NCBI GenBank assembly: GCA_025558095.1
Contig: JAIVFI010000029.1
Span: 62,001 to 126,000, forward strand
Direction of reading: 5' to 3'
Source of the DNA: Hyaloraphidium curvatum SAG 235-1
Taxonomy: Eukaryota; Fungi; Monoblepharomycota
Length of the DNA: 64,000 nt
Positions 33,253-44,854 of this stretch are shown in pieces. Each line of letters begins with the position of its first letter. Position 1 is the first letter of the stretch. The notes under the pieces are model-generated. The model did no database searches. It was not told the DNA's origin and was given only the letters and a program-made list of their open reading frames with translations. Both the position numbers and the translations under genes were made by a program.

Positions 33253-34827
33253 ATGGCGTCCGCTGCGCCGGCCAAGACCTTCTCCCTGATCCCGCCCCCG
33301 GTGACCAAGTTCCTTTCGCGGAACTTGCCGCCCAAGACCCTCCAGTATTTCTCCATCCTGCTGCTCCTCCGCACGCTGCTGGGCCGCGCCAAGATCCGCC
33401 GGCGGTCCGAGGACCTCGCCTACATCCTCTTTTTCGAGCCGGCGGTGCTCACGCTCATGCACGCCGGCGGGCGGAGCCGCTGGCCCTTCAGCACCAAGTG
33501 TGGGTTCCCTTTTCCGGCCTCGTTCCAATCCGGTGGCGCTGACCTCGCCGCAGACCGCGTGTTCCTCGACAGGGGCGTGTGGCCCGCCGGCGTGTCGCCG
33601 CGGTACGAGAAGCTGCACGGGTGCGAGCAGTTCCACCCCGGCACGGACGCCTGCGCCGCCAGCATGGTGCGGGACGCGCCCATCACGATGAGGAACCTCG
33701 TCAAGTGGGTGCGCGGCCGTGCGGCAGCGATTGACCGTGCTGATTGGCGGTTGATCGCAGGATGTACCTGAGGTTCTACCTCATCCAGTTCGCCGTCACC
33801 TACGTGATCCAGGTCGGTGCGAGAGCGCCAAGCACATCATCCTTTGCTGATCGTCGGCCGCCATTCCCAGGTCCTCACCTTCTTCATCTCCGAGTCGCGC
33901 AACCACTGGGCGCACTACCTCCGCGACATCCGCAAGGCCCGCGAGCGCGAGGCCGAGCTCGCCCGCATCCGCGCGCTGGAAAAGAAGGCTGCCACCGCGG
34001 TGGGCGCCGAGGAGGAGCCCGAGCACGACGACGAGGAGGAGGAGGAGGAGGAGGAGGAGGAGGAGGAGGAGAAGCCCGTGCGGAGGATTGACTCGGCCGT
34101 CGACGTCGCCGCCCTGGGCAGCTTCAGGTCCATGACGGGGCTCAGGTCGACGCACCGCGGGCGGGACCGGTTCGTGCGCCCGCAAAGCCCCGGCATCGAG
34201 ACGCCGCCCGTCAAGCCGATGACCGCCGCCGACGGCAAGCCCGCCGACGGCCCTTCGGACGCGCCCGCCGACGCCGGCGTGCACCTCGCCGCGCCCGTCC
34301 CGCGCAAGGCCTCCCGCTCGATCTCGGCCTCGCGCAACCGCCGCGCGTCGGTGGCACCGCCGCCGACGGTGCCCATCAACCTCGCCACGCTGCAGAACTT
34401 CATCGTCGGCGTCACCTTCGACCACGTGCCCAACCAGCTCTTCCGCTACGGCGAGGCCGTCGTCCGCTCGACCGCCTTTTTGTGGACCAACATGATGGTC
34501 ATCCGCGGCGGGTACTGCCTCCTCGCCGCGTACGACCAGCACCGCACCGGCTCCAAGACCGCCGACATATCAAAGTACTGGCCCATCATGTACCTCATCA
34601 ACGCGGTCGGCTCGATCCCCATGGTCCTCGAGCGGCACTCGCGCGTGACCATCATCAACCGCATGATGGCCGCGTACCTGCTCGGAGACCTGCTGCCGGA
34701 CACCAAGGAGGCCGCATGGGCGGCGGCGGCGGGGAGCGTGGCGGTGGCCGCCGCGACGGGCGGGCTGGCGGGGAGGGGGATGGCGCTGGGGATCTTTGGG
34801 GCGCTGTGGAGCGCGATCGAGATGTAG
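33253..34827 (+). CDS. TMEM135/PMP52-like membrane protein, multi-exon
   Basis: CEQFHPGTDAC (C-x3-HP-x4-C) motif, hydrophobic segments, VRSTAFL, LERHSR; internal acidic low-complexity insert. Confidence 0.6.
34033..34071 (+). repeat. (GAG)13 microsatellite encoding poly-Glu
   Basis: Direct reading. Confidence 0.95.
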
Positions 34828-34996
34828 GGTGCTCAAAAGCGGAATCGGCATAGACGGTTTGGGAATAGATCGCGTCGTTTTCCTATTATGTGCACGCAGT
34901 CGGAGAGCCGCACGTCGATCACATCTCCAGAAAACCAACCAAAAGACAAGTGAGCAGAGGGTTTGTAGAGAGGAGATCCCGAAGAGGACGGCGGTT

Positions 34997-35570
34997 TCAT
35001 GTTGCTCCCCGCGGCACGCAGGACCGCTTGTGCTCCGGCCAGTGCGCCTTCGGCACTCTGCCGAGCAGTACCTTACCGACTTGCACCTCCCGCACCTCTG
35101 CATCCCGCTGCCCCTGTCGTTCGCCACCGCGGTGCACTCGGCGCAGCAGAAGCTCCCCTGCGCCAGGCCCTCCTTGCCCGCGAGCTTCCCCGCCCCCGCG
35201 GAAGCCATCTCGCGGCACGCCCCGCCGTCGCAGTGCGGGAAGAACTCGGCGACCCACGCCCCGCCCGGCCTCGCCCCGCCCCCCCGCGGCGCCTCCCGCA
35301 CGGCGAGGTGGAACGCCCCCGACGGGCGGCCGCAGCCCACGCAGAGCCAGTCCCTGCGCCCGCCCTCGGTGTCCGTGCGCAGGTGCGGGATCCGCCGCCC
35401 GCGTCGACCGCCTGCGCCTTGAACGCCGCGAGCTCGGGCACGTCGCGGAACGCCGCGTCCGCCGCCAGCGCCGCGTCCAGCGCCGCCGTCGGCAGCCGGA
35501 ACGTGCGCTCAGAGGCCGCGCGCCTGTCGGGCTCGTGGTAGATCGTGAGCATGACCCGGATGTCCTCCAT
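34997..35570 (-). CDS. MYND zinc-finger protein (two apparent -1 frameshifts)
   Basis: CAEC...MQRCGRCKSVRYCSAEC/KAHWPEHKRSC. Frame changes near 35398 and 35052. Confidence 0.7.
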
Positions 35571-35839
35571 GCCCGGCGAGGTCGCTTTTGTTGGCGGGAC
35601 GGGCGTCGCGGTCGCGGCCCCGTGAAACACTCGGAAGTGCACTCCGACAAGCGAGTCGAGCCTAGAAGATGGATGGATTCATTGACAGACCTAGCTACAC
35701 GAAACGAGGGTTACAAGATGGCTACATTCGGTATCGTCCGGGTATCCTACACGCGGCACCTGCCGCCGGATGCGATTCGTCAGAGTCCTATGCTTATGCG
35801 TTGCTCGATCACTATGCCCTCCGCCGCCCCGGTGCACGT

Positions 35840-37486
35840 TCAGCCCGCCCGGGCCTTGTTCACCCCGTACCCGAACAGCGGGAACGGATCCAGGCACCAC
35901 GGCACCCCCCCGGCCGCCGCGCACGGTTTCCCTGCCAGGCTCGGGGGCGCGGAGATGGGCGCGTGCGGGCGCAGGGAAAAGTCCTGCGCGGCGGGGCAGA
36001 GCCGCTCGGCGGCGGTGGTTGCGGTGCGGGAGCGGGAGCGCGCGTTGCGCGGGGGGGTGGGGAGCTGCAGTGAGGGGAGGTCCGAGGGGAGGGGAAGCGA
36101 GGGTTCGGGGAGGTCGATCCTCGGCGGGGGAGGCAGGGGTTCGTTGATGCGCGGGGAGGGGGGCGCCTCGGTGCGGGGGGTGAGCATGGCGAGGGCCTGC
36201 AGGTCGAGGTCGGAGCGGGAGGTGGAGAAGGAGCCGCGTGCGGTCTCGACGGGGCTGTAGGCGGTCGCCGAGCCGCGGCTGTCGCGGGAGGGGGAGCGGT
36301 GGCCGTGGCCGTGCATGTGCGGGGAGAGGAATCCCGTGGCGTGCGTGGAGGACCTGGCCGCCGCGTTCTCGTCGTCCTCCCGCGCCGTCTCGTCGCCGTC
36401 CGTGCGGCCCGCGGTGTCCTCCGAGATCTCGGATTCGGTGTCGCTGCCGGAGTCCTCCTGCACGCTCCACCACAGCCGCGGCTTCTCCGGCTCCGGGGCG
36501 GGCGCCTCGGCCCCGCGCATCCACGGGTGCCGTAGCAGCTCCGCCGCCGTCCACTCGCGGCGGGGATCCAGCACGCGCCTGCAAAAGTCCTTTGCCAGCT
36601 CGGCCTCAGCCCCCCTCTCCTCCATGTTGTAGAACACGAGCCGCCCGCACGAGTCCCATATCTCGTCGTGCAGCAGCGCCGGATCGTTCTCGGTGCGGAA
36701 CGGCCACACCCCGCAGAGCATCCCGTAGGTGCACACGCCGAGCGCCCACACGTCCAAGTGGCCGCCGGCGGAGGGGTACGGGTCCCCGCGGGCGGCGCAC
36801 CGGAGCACGCCGGGGGAGGCGTAGTGGATCGACCCCACGGGGTCGTCCAGCCCCGCGTGCGGGTCGGAGGGGTCGAAGAAGGCCGCGAGGTTGAAGTCGA
36901 TGACGGTCACGCGGCCGGTGGCCTCGTCGTAGAAGATGTTGTCGAGCTTGATGTCGCGGTGCAGCACGCCGCGGGAGTGCATGTGCGCGAGGGACTGGAG
37001 CAGCCTGCGGACGATGGGGCGCACGCGGCGCGGCTCGATGGTGCCGTTGGGCTGGGAGGAGAGGTAGGTGAAGAGCTCGACGCCGGGGACGAGCTCGAGG
37101 ATGAGGTGCGAGTGCGTGGAGGTGTGGATGACGTCTGGCGGTGCCGGAGGGTGCATGCAGGGGGGTGCAAGGGCAGGCGGAGCGGGGACGGCCGGGGTTG
37201 CGTGCGTCAGAAGGCGGTAGAAGGAGCGGGAGGGCACGCCCCGAGACCCACCGAGCAGCCTGACGATGCCGTCCGTGGGGCCCCCGTGCTGCAGCCACCG
37301 CAGCGCCTCGCCCTCGCGCTGCACGCCCAGCAGCGCGTCGTCGCCCGCGCGCACGACGCTCTTGACCGCGGCGCGGCGGCCCGTCTTTGCGTGCGCCGCC
37401 TCGAACACGGCGGCGAACGCGCCGGCGCCGAGCGGCCGCACGATCTTCCAGTCGCCGACAAAGGCGGGCATCGGGTGCGTGCCCAT
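35840..37486 (-). CDS. Ser/Thr protein kinase (CAMK-like) with Ser/Pro-rich tail
   Basis: LGAGAFAAV, AAVK, HRDIKLDN, IDFNLA, GSIHYASP, DVWALGV. Intron near 37136-37252; 3' end uncertain. Confidence 0.85.
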   Translation of the reverse strand: MGTHPMPAFVGDWKIVRPLGAGAFAAVFEAAHAKTGRRAAVKSVVRAGDDALLGVQREGEALRWLQHGGPTDGIVRLLGGSRGVPSRSFYRLLTHATPAVPAPPALAPPCMHPPAPPDVIHTSTHSHLILELVPGVELFTYLSSQPNGTIEPRRVRPIVRRLLQSLAHMHSRGVLHRDIKLDNIFYDEATGRVTVIDFNLAAFFDPSDPHAGLDDPVGSIHYASPGVLRCAARGDPYPSAGGHLDVWALGVCTYGMLCGVWPFRTENDPALLHDEIWDSCGRLVFYNMEERGAEAELAKDFCRRVLDPRREWTAAELLRHPWMRGAEAPAPEPEKPRLWWSVQEDSGSDTESEISEDTAGRTDGDETAREDDENAAARSSTHATGFLSPHMHGHGHRSPSRDSRGSATAYSPVETARGSFSTSRSDLDLQALAMLTPRTEAPPSPRINEPLPPPPRIDLPEPSLPLPSDLPSLQLPTPPRNARSRSRTATTAAERLCPAAQDFSLRPHAPISAPPSLAGKPCAAAGGVPWCLDPFPLFGYGVNKARAG

Positions 37487-38544
37487 GGCGGGCGGGGGGG
37501 GGTGCACGAGATTCGGGGCCGGTGGCGCCGCCGTTGCCGCCGCGTCCGCCTCCCCGCCGAGTCGCCGCGAGCCCCGGAGTGCGGTCCGCGGGGTCGCCAA
37601 ACACGCAGGCCTGTTTCGGTAGCGTGCCGCCGCGAGGGCAGTTTGCGTGGCGCCTGACCGCAAGGGCAGCCGGAGGGCGGTAGCCGGCGGCGTTGCGTAG
37701 GGAAAGCAGCGGACTGCGGGGCTACGCTCCACCCCCGGCCGCTCGGCGCCGGAAAACAGCGGCCGCCTCGCCCTGCTCTTTAACGAATGTATATTTTCGA
37801 TTCCCTGCGGCCGGAGGCCCGTCGGTGCGCTGGATAGGCAGATCTGTGCTCTTGTTGTGTTGTTTGGACTGTTCCGTCTCCCGCGGTTCGGGTCGGAGAA
37901 GGGCTGGTTCGCCCGGATGCGCTTGGAGAGCACTTGAATAGAGATGGTTTCATCGGTTTGGATGTCTTTTTGTCTTGTGTCGGGGCGGCGGCAGCTGGAT
38001 CGTTGAACGGGGGCCTGCCCTGACGGCAAGGAGCAGCACCAATCGCCAATCGGAGCCCCACTCCGTGCAATATGCAGCTACCAGTGGGAGCCAATCGGTG
38101 GCCGCGCGGCGGCGTGAGCTGGTTTCCGGCGTGGCCGGTCCGCGGCGGCTGGTTTGGGGGTCGGTTGCCGAGACCAGTCGCCCCGCCCTTGCCCCTTTGT
38201 TTGGATGACAACAAACACGGGGGAGTCTTCGGCGATGTATGCGGTGACAAGCAGGCGGCTTCCATTCCCTCGTCCAGATTGAAGGACGTTGGGGATCTCC
38301 GAGCTCGGCGATGGGAAGGAGGCGTGCTGGGTTTCGGTGCAGCGAATCGTGCCGGAGGGGACCTGATCTACGTGCTTGGTCCACGTTCGAGTTCGCGAAA
38401 TCCACCTGCGATGGCGATGGGTGGAGCCCGGTGTCCGGGCCCCCGTCAGGCTGACCCCGCCTGCCCGCCTCCTTTTCTCCTAGTCCCCCGTCCCCAAAGC
38501 CGCTCCGATCCCGCTGCCGCCCGCCCGAACTCCGCGCCGGCGCC

Positions 38545-39335
38545 ATGGAGAACTTCACCGTGGTCGTCCACGTGCTTCACCGCTGCGGGGACCCGAGCGT
38601 CTTCGAGCACTTTGCCGCGCTGCCCGTCGCGGCCGGCGAGCGCGCGTGCGCCTGCTAACAAGGCGCACATCGAGCTTCCGGCCATCAAGGCCATCAAGGA
38701 CGCCGTTGACGCCAACACCTGGAAGTGCTATTCCTGCGGAGTTGCCAAGGCGGTGGACGTGCCCTGTTACTCGACCAGCATCGACCTCGGCGGCCCGCGC
38801 GGCCTCGTCCTGGCGTGCCTGCCCCGCTGCGCGCGGCGGGACTGCCGCGCCATGTCGCCACGATGCTGGAGACCACGTCCCCGCGCAGCTCGCCAAGCCC
38901 GGCAACATAGTGGCGGTGGCCAGCGTGCCCGTGCGGTTCGCGCTGTGGACGCCCGAGGGCCGGGGGACCGGGGTCGAGGACCGGATCACGGTGCACGAGG
39001 ACGCGTTCGTGGACGTGGGGGCGCAGATGCTGCCCCGGCTGAGGTTCGACGGGATGGGGAAGATCAGGGAGTGGGCGTGCGTCGCGTGCGGGAGGCCGGC
39101 GGGGGCGTACTTTGCGGGCATCGCGGAACCCGGCGGCGAATCCGGGGGTGAAGCGTGGACGGCGGACGTGTTGACGCCTCAAACGACGGCGCGGGGATCT
39201 GCGAGTTGCCCGGGGGCGCGACTGCCGCGGAGGGACTCATTGCCGGTTGTTGCAACCTTTCTGGCTGAAAGAGACGCGGAACCATCTCGCACTGGCGATC
39301 GAGCTCGTTCTCGTGCTGTTTTTGTCTTTGGTTAG
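38545..39335 (+). pseudogene. Cys-rich hypothetical gene, frameshifted; related to the N-terminal part of the 35 kb MYND gene
   Basis: Segments WKCYSCG...LPRCARRDC and LPRLRFDGMGKIREWACVACGRP (compare IPHLRTDTEGGRRDWLCVGCGRP) lie in different frames. Confidence 0.45.
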
Positions 39336-39803
39336 TCTATTCGCGTTTTGCCATCGCGGTTCTGTGTCGCAGGCGACCTATTCTATGTAGGGCCGATCCA
39401 TTCGCCAACAAAGAGTGCGGGGGATCCCAGCGGTTTGCTCATTCGATCTTTTCTCCTGCTCTTCCATTTCTTTCGCCATCCGGTTGACCGGCGATGGGTC
39501 CTGTGGGGGCATCCGGTTTGGGCGAATGGCCTTGCCGCCAGCCGCTGCTTACCGCGTCCCGAATGTGGTCTTGGTCTGTTCCTCGCATCTCCCGCCCGCA
39601 ATTCCGCGGAGCAGGCTCATCTCAGCATACATGCCGTACCGTAGTCGCATTCAGACCTCATTGGGGCCGCATCTCTCGCGGAATGAGTTGGGGGATGAGG
39701 CGTAATTTCCAGGATTTCTGATGCCGCACGGCGGCGCCGCGAGGCGGTGCTCCCGCCGTCCCGCCGGCGCGCCTCCCGGCCCAAATCCCCGTCGCCCGCA
39801 GCG

Positions 39804-42800
39804 ATGCGCGCCGCACTGTGGTTGCTTCTGCTGCTCGCGCTGCCTGCGCTTCTCCTCGCGTGCTCGCCGTCGGCGGCGGCCGAGGTCGCGCCCGCTGGAG
39901 AGCCGCGCCTCGGGGAGCGGCAGCTCGCGGTCAAGAAGCGCACGACGCGGAGGGGCGCGAAGAAGACGACTGCCAAGCGGCGGCGGTCGACGTCCAGGAA
40001 GAAGGCGGTCGTGCGGCGGACCACCAAGAAGGCAAACGCCGCGGCCGCCGCCGTGCCGGTGCCCACGACGAGGAGACCGCTGGCGACCACGCAGCGGCCC
40101 GCACAGGTACGAATCTCACCCGACTCTACCCAGGCTACATCAGTTCCTGATACCGTTGCTCTACAGCCCGTGGTCAGCCCCGCGTCGCCGCCTCCCGCGC
40201 CCGTCCCGCCCCCGCCTCCTCCTCCCCCGCCCCCGGTCCCCACGACCCCGGCCGCGGTGCGCGAAGTCGCACCCACGACCTCCCGCGCCGTGGCCACGAC
40301 CCGCGTCAGGACGACCTCCAGGCGGCAGACGACCCGGCTCCCCACCCCGCCCCGCCCGAATCCCCCGCCTCCCACAGGCCTTTTCTTCTTCAAGGAGTAC
40401 GAGTATCCGTCCGGCAACCTCATCAATGGGACGGTGGGCTCTTCTGCATCCTTGTGGTGCGATGCAGTGCTGACACCTTTCTAAAGGACGACGGGGTCGC
40501 TACGCTCATGTGGAACGGCGCGAGCGTAAGAACCGGCCAGTGGCTCGTAACCTGGGGCCCCATCGACGGCCCGCAAAAGACCATCAACACCCCGTACAAC
40601 ATCATCCAGCTGCAGCCACTCGACGCCGGGGTCACCTACACCGCCGTCGTGCGCACGGTCAACGCCACGGGGCACGCCAGCATCCCCAGCGACAGCATCG
40701 AGTTCCAGAGCAATTCTTCTAGGGTGGATACGCTGAGGGCGCAGATGGGAACAACAGGGTTTTTCGACGACTTCAACTCGGTCGCGGGGCCGCCCGACGA
40801 GCGCAACTGGCGCACCTCGTACGTCTACTGCGACGACCCGGCCTACAACGCGCTCTTCATCGTGGGTCCTAGCCGATGTATGCGCTGGCAATTTCCGTGC
40901 TCACCCGGCCGTCGGTTGCTCAGAACCACCAGAAGCACGTGCACAACGTCGTCGCCACCTGGGAAATGTCCCCGCAATCGCCCGCCCTGCGCGATATCTA
41001 TGTCGACGCCATCCGGAACGACGACAAGCGCATGCTCAACGCGCTGGCGGAGAGCAAGAAGGTGTGCGACAAGGCGAGGGGGCACGTGGTGGCGAGGACG
41101 ACGCGGGTGTTTGACTTTACGGGCCGGACCGGGACGATCGTGTTCGACTTTGATGGCGCTTTCGGGAGCAACTACTGTGGGTGTTTCGTCTACTAGCGGA
41201 CATGGAGACGCTGGCTGAATTCTGTGCAGGGTTCCTGGATTTCGTCGAACCCGGTACGGGCGACCGCTTCACTTCCCTGCACCAGGCCGGCGATAAGTGA
41301 GCCTCTGCGCACCAACATGCATTCTTCTCCCCAGTTCCTCACACGTCGTTCGCAGATTCCAGTTCTTCTACGAGCCAGTGAACCGCAACGACTCGGGCGT
41401 CATCCAAAACACCCCTCGCCGGATCGGCATCACCCTGGTCCGCAACGTCCGCCGCAAGTTCGTTATGCAGGTCTCGCAGGACCGCGTCGCCGTCTTCCTG
41501 GACGGCAAGCTGCTGCTGCATTCGGACTGGGCGCTCACGGGGCGGACGCCGCTAAGGAAGACCAAGGCGTTCCTGATGTTTCGGCAGACGACGAGGGCGA
41601 CGAGGCAGGATCAGAACCTGCCGTTCCTGACGGTGCACTGGGACAACTTTGGCTTCGATGTGGGTCCCGGTTGGACGTCGTGCCAGCTCGGGCAATACCT
41701 GACCCGGACGTCCCATGTCCAGGGCATCGCGGCGCCGCCAACCGTCACGCACACTTACAACGTCACCGTGCGCTCCTCGGCCTACATCAACGTCGGCCTC
41801 GGCCGCTGGGAAAACAACAAGATGAACGTCACCATCCTGGACTCTCTCTCGGGCGCCCTTCCCCGCGCGCGCCTGCACTACGGCTACTCGGGCTCCGTCC
41901 CCAGCGACTTCAACCTGCAGCACATCTACATCAACGGGTGGAAGCTCCCCCTCATGGTCGACAGGACGATCGACGGGCAGGGCGTCTTCACCGAGTTCGA
42001 CACCAACATCCTCGCCGCCGGCACCAACAGGATCCAGTGGTGGCTGCCCCGGCAGGAGATGCGCGTGGGCAACGTGCGGCTCGAGGTGGACTTTCCGCTC
42101 GCCGCCGAGCCGGCGTACACGCAGCCTAAGGGGTGGTTCGGGACCCCGTCGGCCGAGTACGGTTTCCACGCGATTCGGGAGAAGGTCGGCTTGTCGGCGG
42201 TCGTCAGATCCGTGGGGCCGTACGGGAGTGGGCAGATGGGAGACGGGGGGCCGCCGTTCCTGTTTGGGCCGTACGATGCGCCGCAGGGCGCCAACCTCGG
42301 TTGGTTTGCTCGGACGCAGTGCTGCGGTGCAAGATGCTTACCTGCCCGCCCCCGCCCCCAGAGTTCAACTCGTCCTACACCATCTCGTACAGCATCAACT
42401 GCGGCATCCAGCTCATCTCCACGGGCCGCTGCCACGGCGCCAAGAACGTCACGCTGTACATGCGCCGCCTCAACTCGGGCGACGCGCCCACGGTGCTGGA
42501 CCAGCACGTCTTCCCCGGCCCGGACGACGGGCTCCCCGACTACGGCGTGATCTCGTGGGGCACAACTTTCAGGCTCAACACGATGACGATGATGAACGGG
42601 ACGACATACGAGCTCTGGGTCGAGGCCTTCGACGCGCTGGACACGCCGGCGATACCCGAGTACTTTGACGGCAGCCACTACACCGGGGAGTTCTTCCGTA
42701 GGTCATTGGCGCATATCTCGTTCCCTGAAGAGCTGACGATTCGACATCCAGCCATGTACATCTACCACGTCAACAAGCCCCCGCCCGAAGACCCGCCCTC

Positions 42801-43296
42801 GCCGCTGGCGGCCATCGACGCCCCCCCGACCGTCGAGCCCCCGCCTCTCGTCGGCGAAGCCGCCGCCTCGGGCGAGCTCACCTCCGTCAACAGCCCCGTC
42901 TTTTCCAACTCCACCGATCTCAACTCGACCGTGCCCTCGCGTCGCGCCCGCCGCGATCTGCATCCCGTTGGAATCGCCGCCGCCCTCGCTGCCGCCGCGG
43001 AGCTCGCCGGCTCCCCCGAGCTGCAGCCCGCCGCACGTCTCCGTGTGTCGCGCATGAGGCTGAGCCCCAACGAGGTGGACCTGATGCAGCAGCTCCACCG
43101 CGACCAAGCTTTTGTCCCGACGGCCGGTGGCCACGCGAGGGGGACACCGCGGGTGCTGCATGTGCATCCGGAGGTGAGCGCGGTGGAGGCAGCGTTCAGG
43201 AAGGAGCAGGCGGAGGACGAAGAGATGGAGAGGAGGGGGGAGATGAGCAGGAGGCAGAGGCTCACGATGATGGGAGTGGGAACCATCATGGGCTGA
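39804..43296 (+). CDS. Secreted modular protein: signal peptide, basic and Pro/Thr linker, FN3 domain, beta-rich (lectin-like) region; multi-exon
   Basis: MRAALWLLLLLALPALLLA; LMWN...W...LQPLDAGVTYTAVVRTVNATGHASIPS; FFDDFN; HWDNFGFD. Confidence 0.65.
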
Positions 43297-43432
43297 GCAA
43301 GGAGGAGTGGGCGAGATTTGTGGACGACGACTGTGACCATATGATATCTCTATGGATCTATATTTAGGCGAGCGTAATCAATATGAGAGGAGAGTTGAAA
43401 AGTGCGCGACTGTTCGCGTGGCCGTGGCTTTC

Positions 43433-44575
43433 ATGTCGGCACCGCACCGACGAGTCATGAACGCCTTGTCGTTGCCAATGGAGACGACCGAGTCTCCCGA
43501 GTCTCCCGAGCTCCTTCCCGAAATCCTCTACCGCGTCGCCGAGTTCCTTCCGCGTCGGTGGCAGCTCGAGTTCGCGCGGGCGTCGCGGGCACGCTTCGCG
43601 CTCGTGGCTCCCCTGGCCTTCTCGCGCTTCCCGACCAGCTTTGAGGACGAGCAGATAGACCGCTGGGAAGCAAATGGCTGGTTCCTCCGCCACGTCGACA
43701 TGGGCATCTCCGACGCACCGGAAGTGGAAGCGGCGCGTCGCATCCTTCGGCTTGCCCCGATGATACGTTCGGCTAGGCTCTACTTCGAAAATGAGGACGC
43801 AGAGGAGGTGGTGCTCTCGTGGATCCCTCCCTTGATTCGAGACCTCTCCATTTCGGAGAACTTCGGCATGGCAATGGAAAACTACATCAACGAGGGCGAG
43901 CCCGTCACGCGTTTCGACTTCCCGCACCTCCGATGCTTCAGATACTCTTCCCTTACCTTTGATAGTGACGGTGTTCTTGGCAAGATAACCGCCGGGAGCC
44001 CGGAGCTCGAAGATCTGCACATCGACGTTGCGCTCGGCGACGTCTTCGGTCTGTTTCGGCACCTCGGCGGTGCCGTGCTATGCAAGGTGACGCGCTGGAC
44101 CCTGTGGGACCTTTCGGCTTTCCGCCGCCTCTGCAGTTTCCCCACCTTCCGCCCCAGTCGGATCGACATGGATTCCGATTACACTTACGAACCGGAAGAG
44201 CGCGTCATCGATCGCGAAACCATGGCATCGATCGCGCACCTTCCTTCCGTGCTGGAGCTGAGCCTTGCGGAGCTGGATTCGTGGATGCTCGTCGATTCCG
44301 GTCTGCCGCAGAACCTGCAGGAGCTGGAGATCTCCGAGCTGCGCATCAACGCCTGGAGCGCCCCGAATGGAAGGAGCCGGTTGCTGGAGCTATTGAAGTT
44401 GTGGTCCCACTTGCGGGTGCGCGTGGACAATCTTCTGCTCACCGAAGGCGCATCGGAGGCCGACAGGGCCGAGGGCGAGGGCGAGGTGGAGATCTGGCAG
44501 CAGAGAATGCCAAAGCCGGCGTTCGTCGTCCGTTCTGGGAATTTCTTGGATGAAACCATGGTTGCACAGCAATAG
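43433..44575 (+). CDS. F-box-like/LRR-like hypothetical protein
   Basis: ELLPEILYRVAEFL followed by LxxLxL repeats; intronless; start uncertain. Confidence 0.6.
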   Translation: MSAPHRRVMNALSLPMETTESPESPELLPEILYRVAEFLPRRWQLEFARASRARFALVAPLAFSRFPTSFEDEQIDRWEANGWFLRHVDMGISDAPEVEAARRILRLAPMIRSARLYFENEDAEEVVLSWIPPLIRDLSISENFGMAMENYINEGEPVTRFDFPHLRCFRYSSLTFDSDGVLGKITAGSPELEDLHIDVALGDVFGLFRHLGGAVLCKVTRWTLWDLSAFRRLCSFPTFRPSRIDMDSDYTYEPEERVIDRETMASIAHLPSVLELSLAELDSWMLVDSGLPQNLQELEISELRINAWSAPNGRSRLLELLKLWSHLRVRVDNLLLTEGASEADRAEGEGEVEIWQQRMPKPAFVVRSGNFLDETMVAQQ

Positions 44576-44854
44576 ATCCACTTCGGTCAATTGTTGACCT
44601 ATAAGAAATGGATACAGTCTGCGCGCGGTGGCTTGCGTGACATGAGAGCCCTTTCTAGCAGATCTGCTACCTTCTGCTCCGGATCTCCCAATATTCAAAC
44701 CTTTAATCTCATCAAGGTTGGTTTCCGGGGGTCAGTTGCCCAGATCAGCGCCGGAACCAGTTTCTGCGCGCGGATCTCTTGGCCCTGGGATTGGAGCGCG
44801 GGCGAGCGGTCCGCGCACCCAGCGCCCCACAGCACCCCCCGGGCCCCCGCCGCC

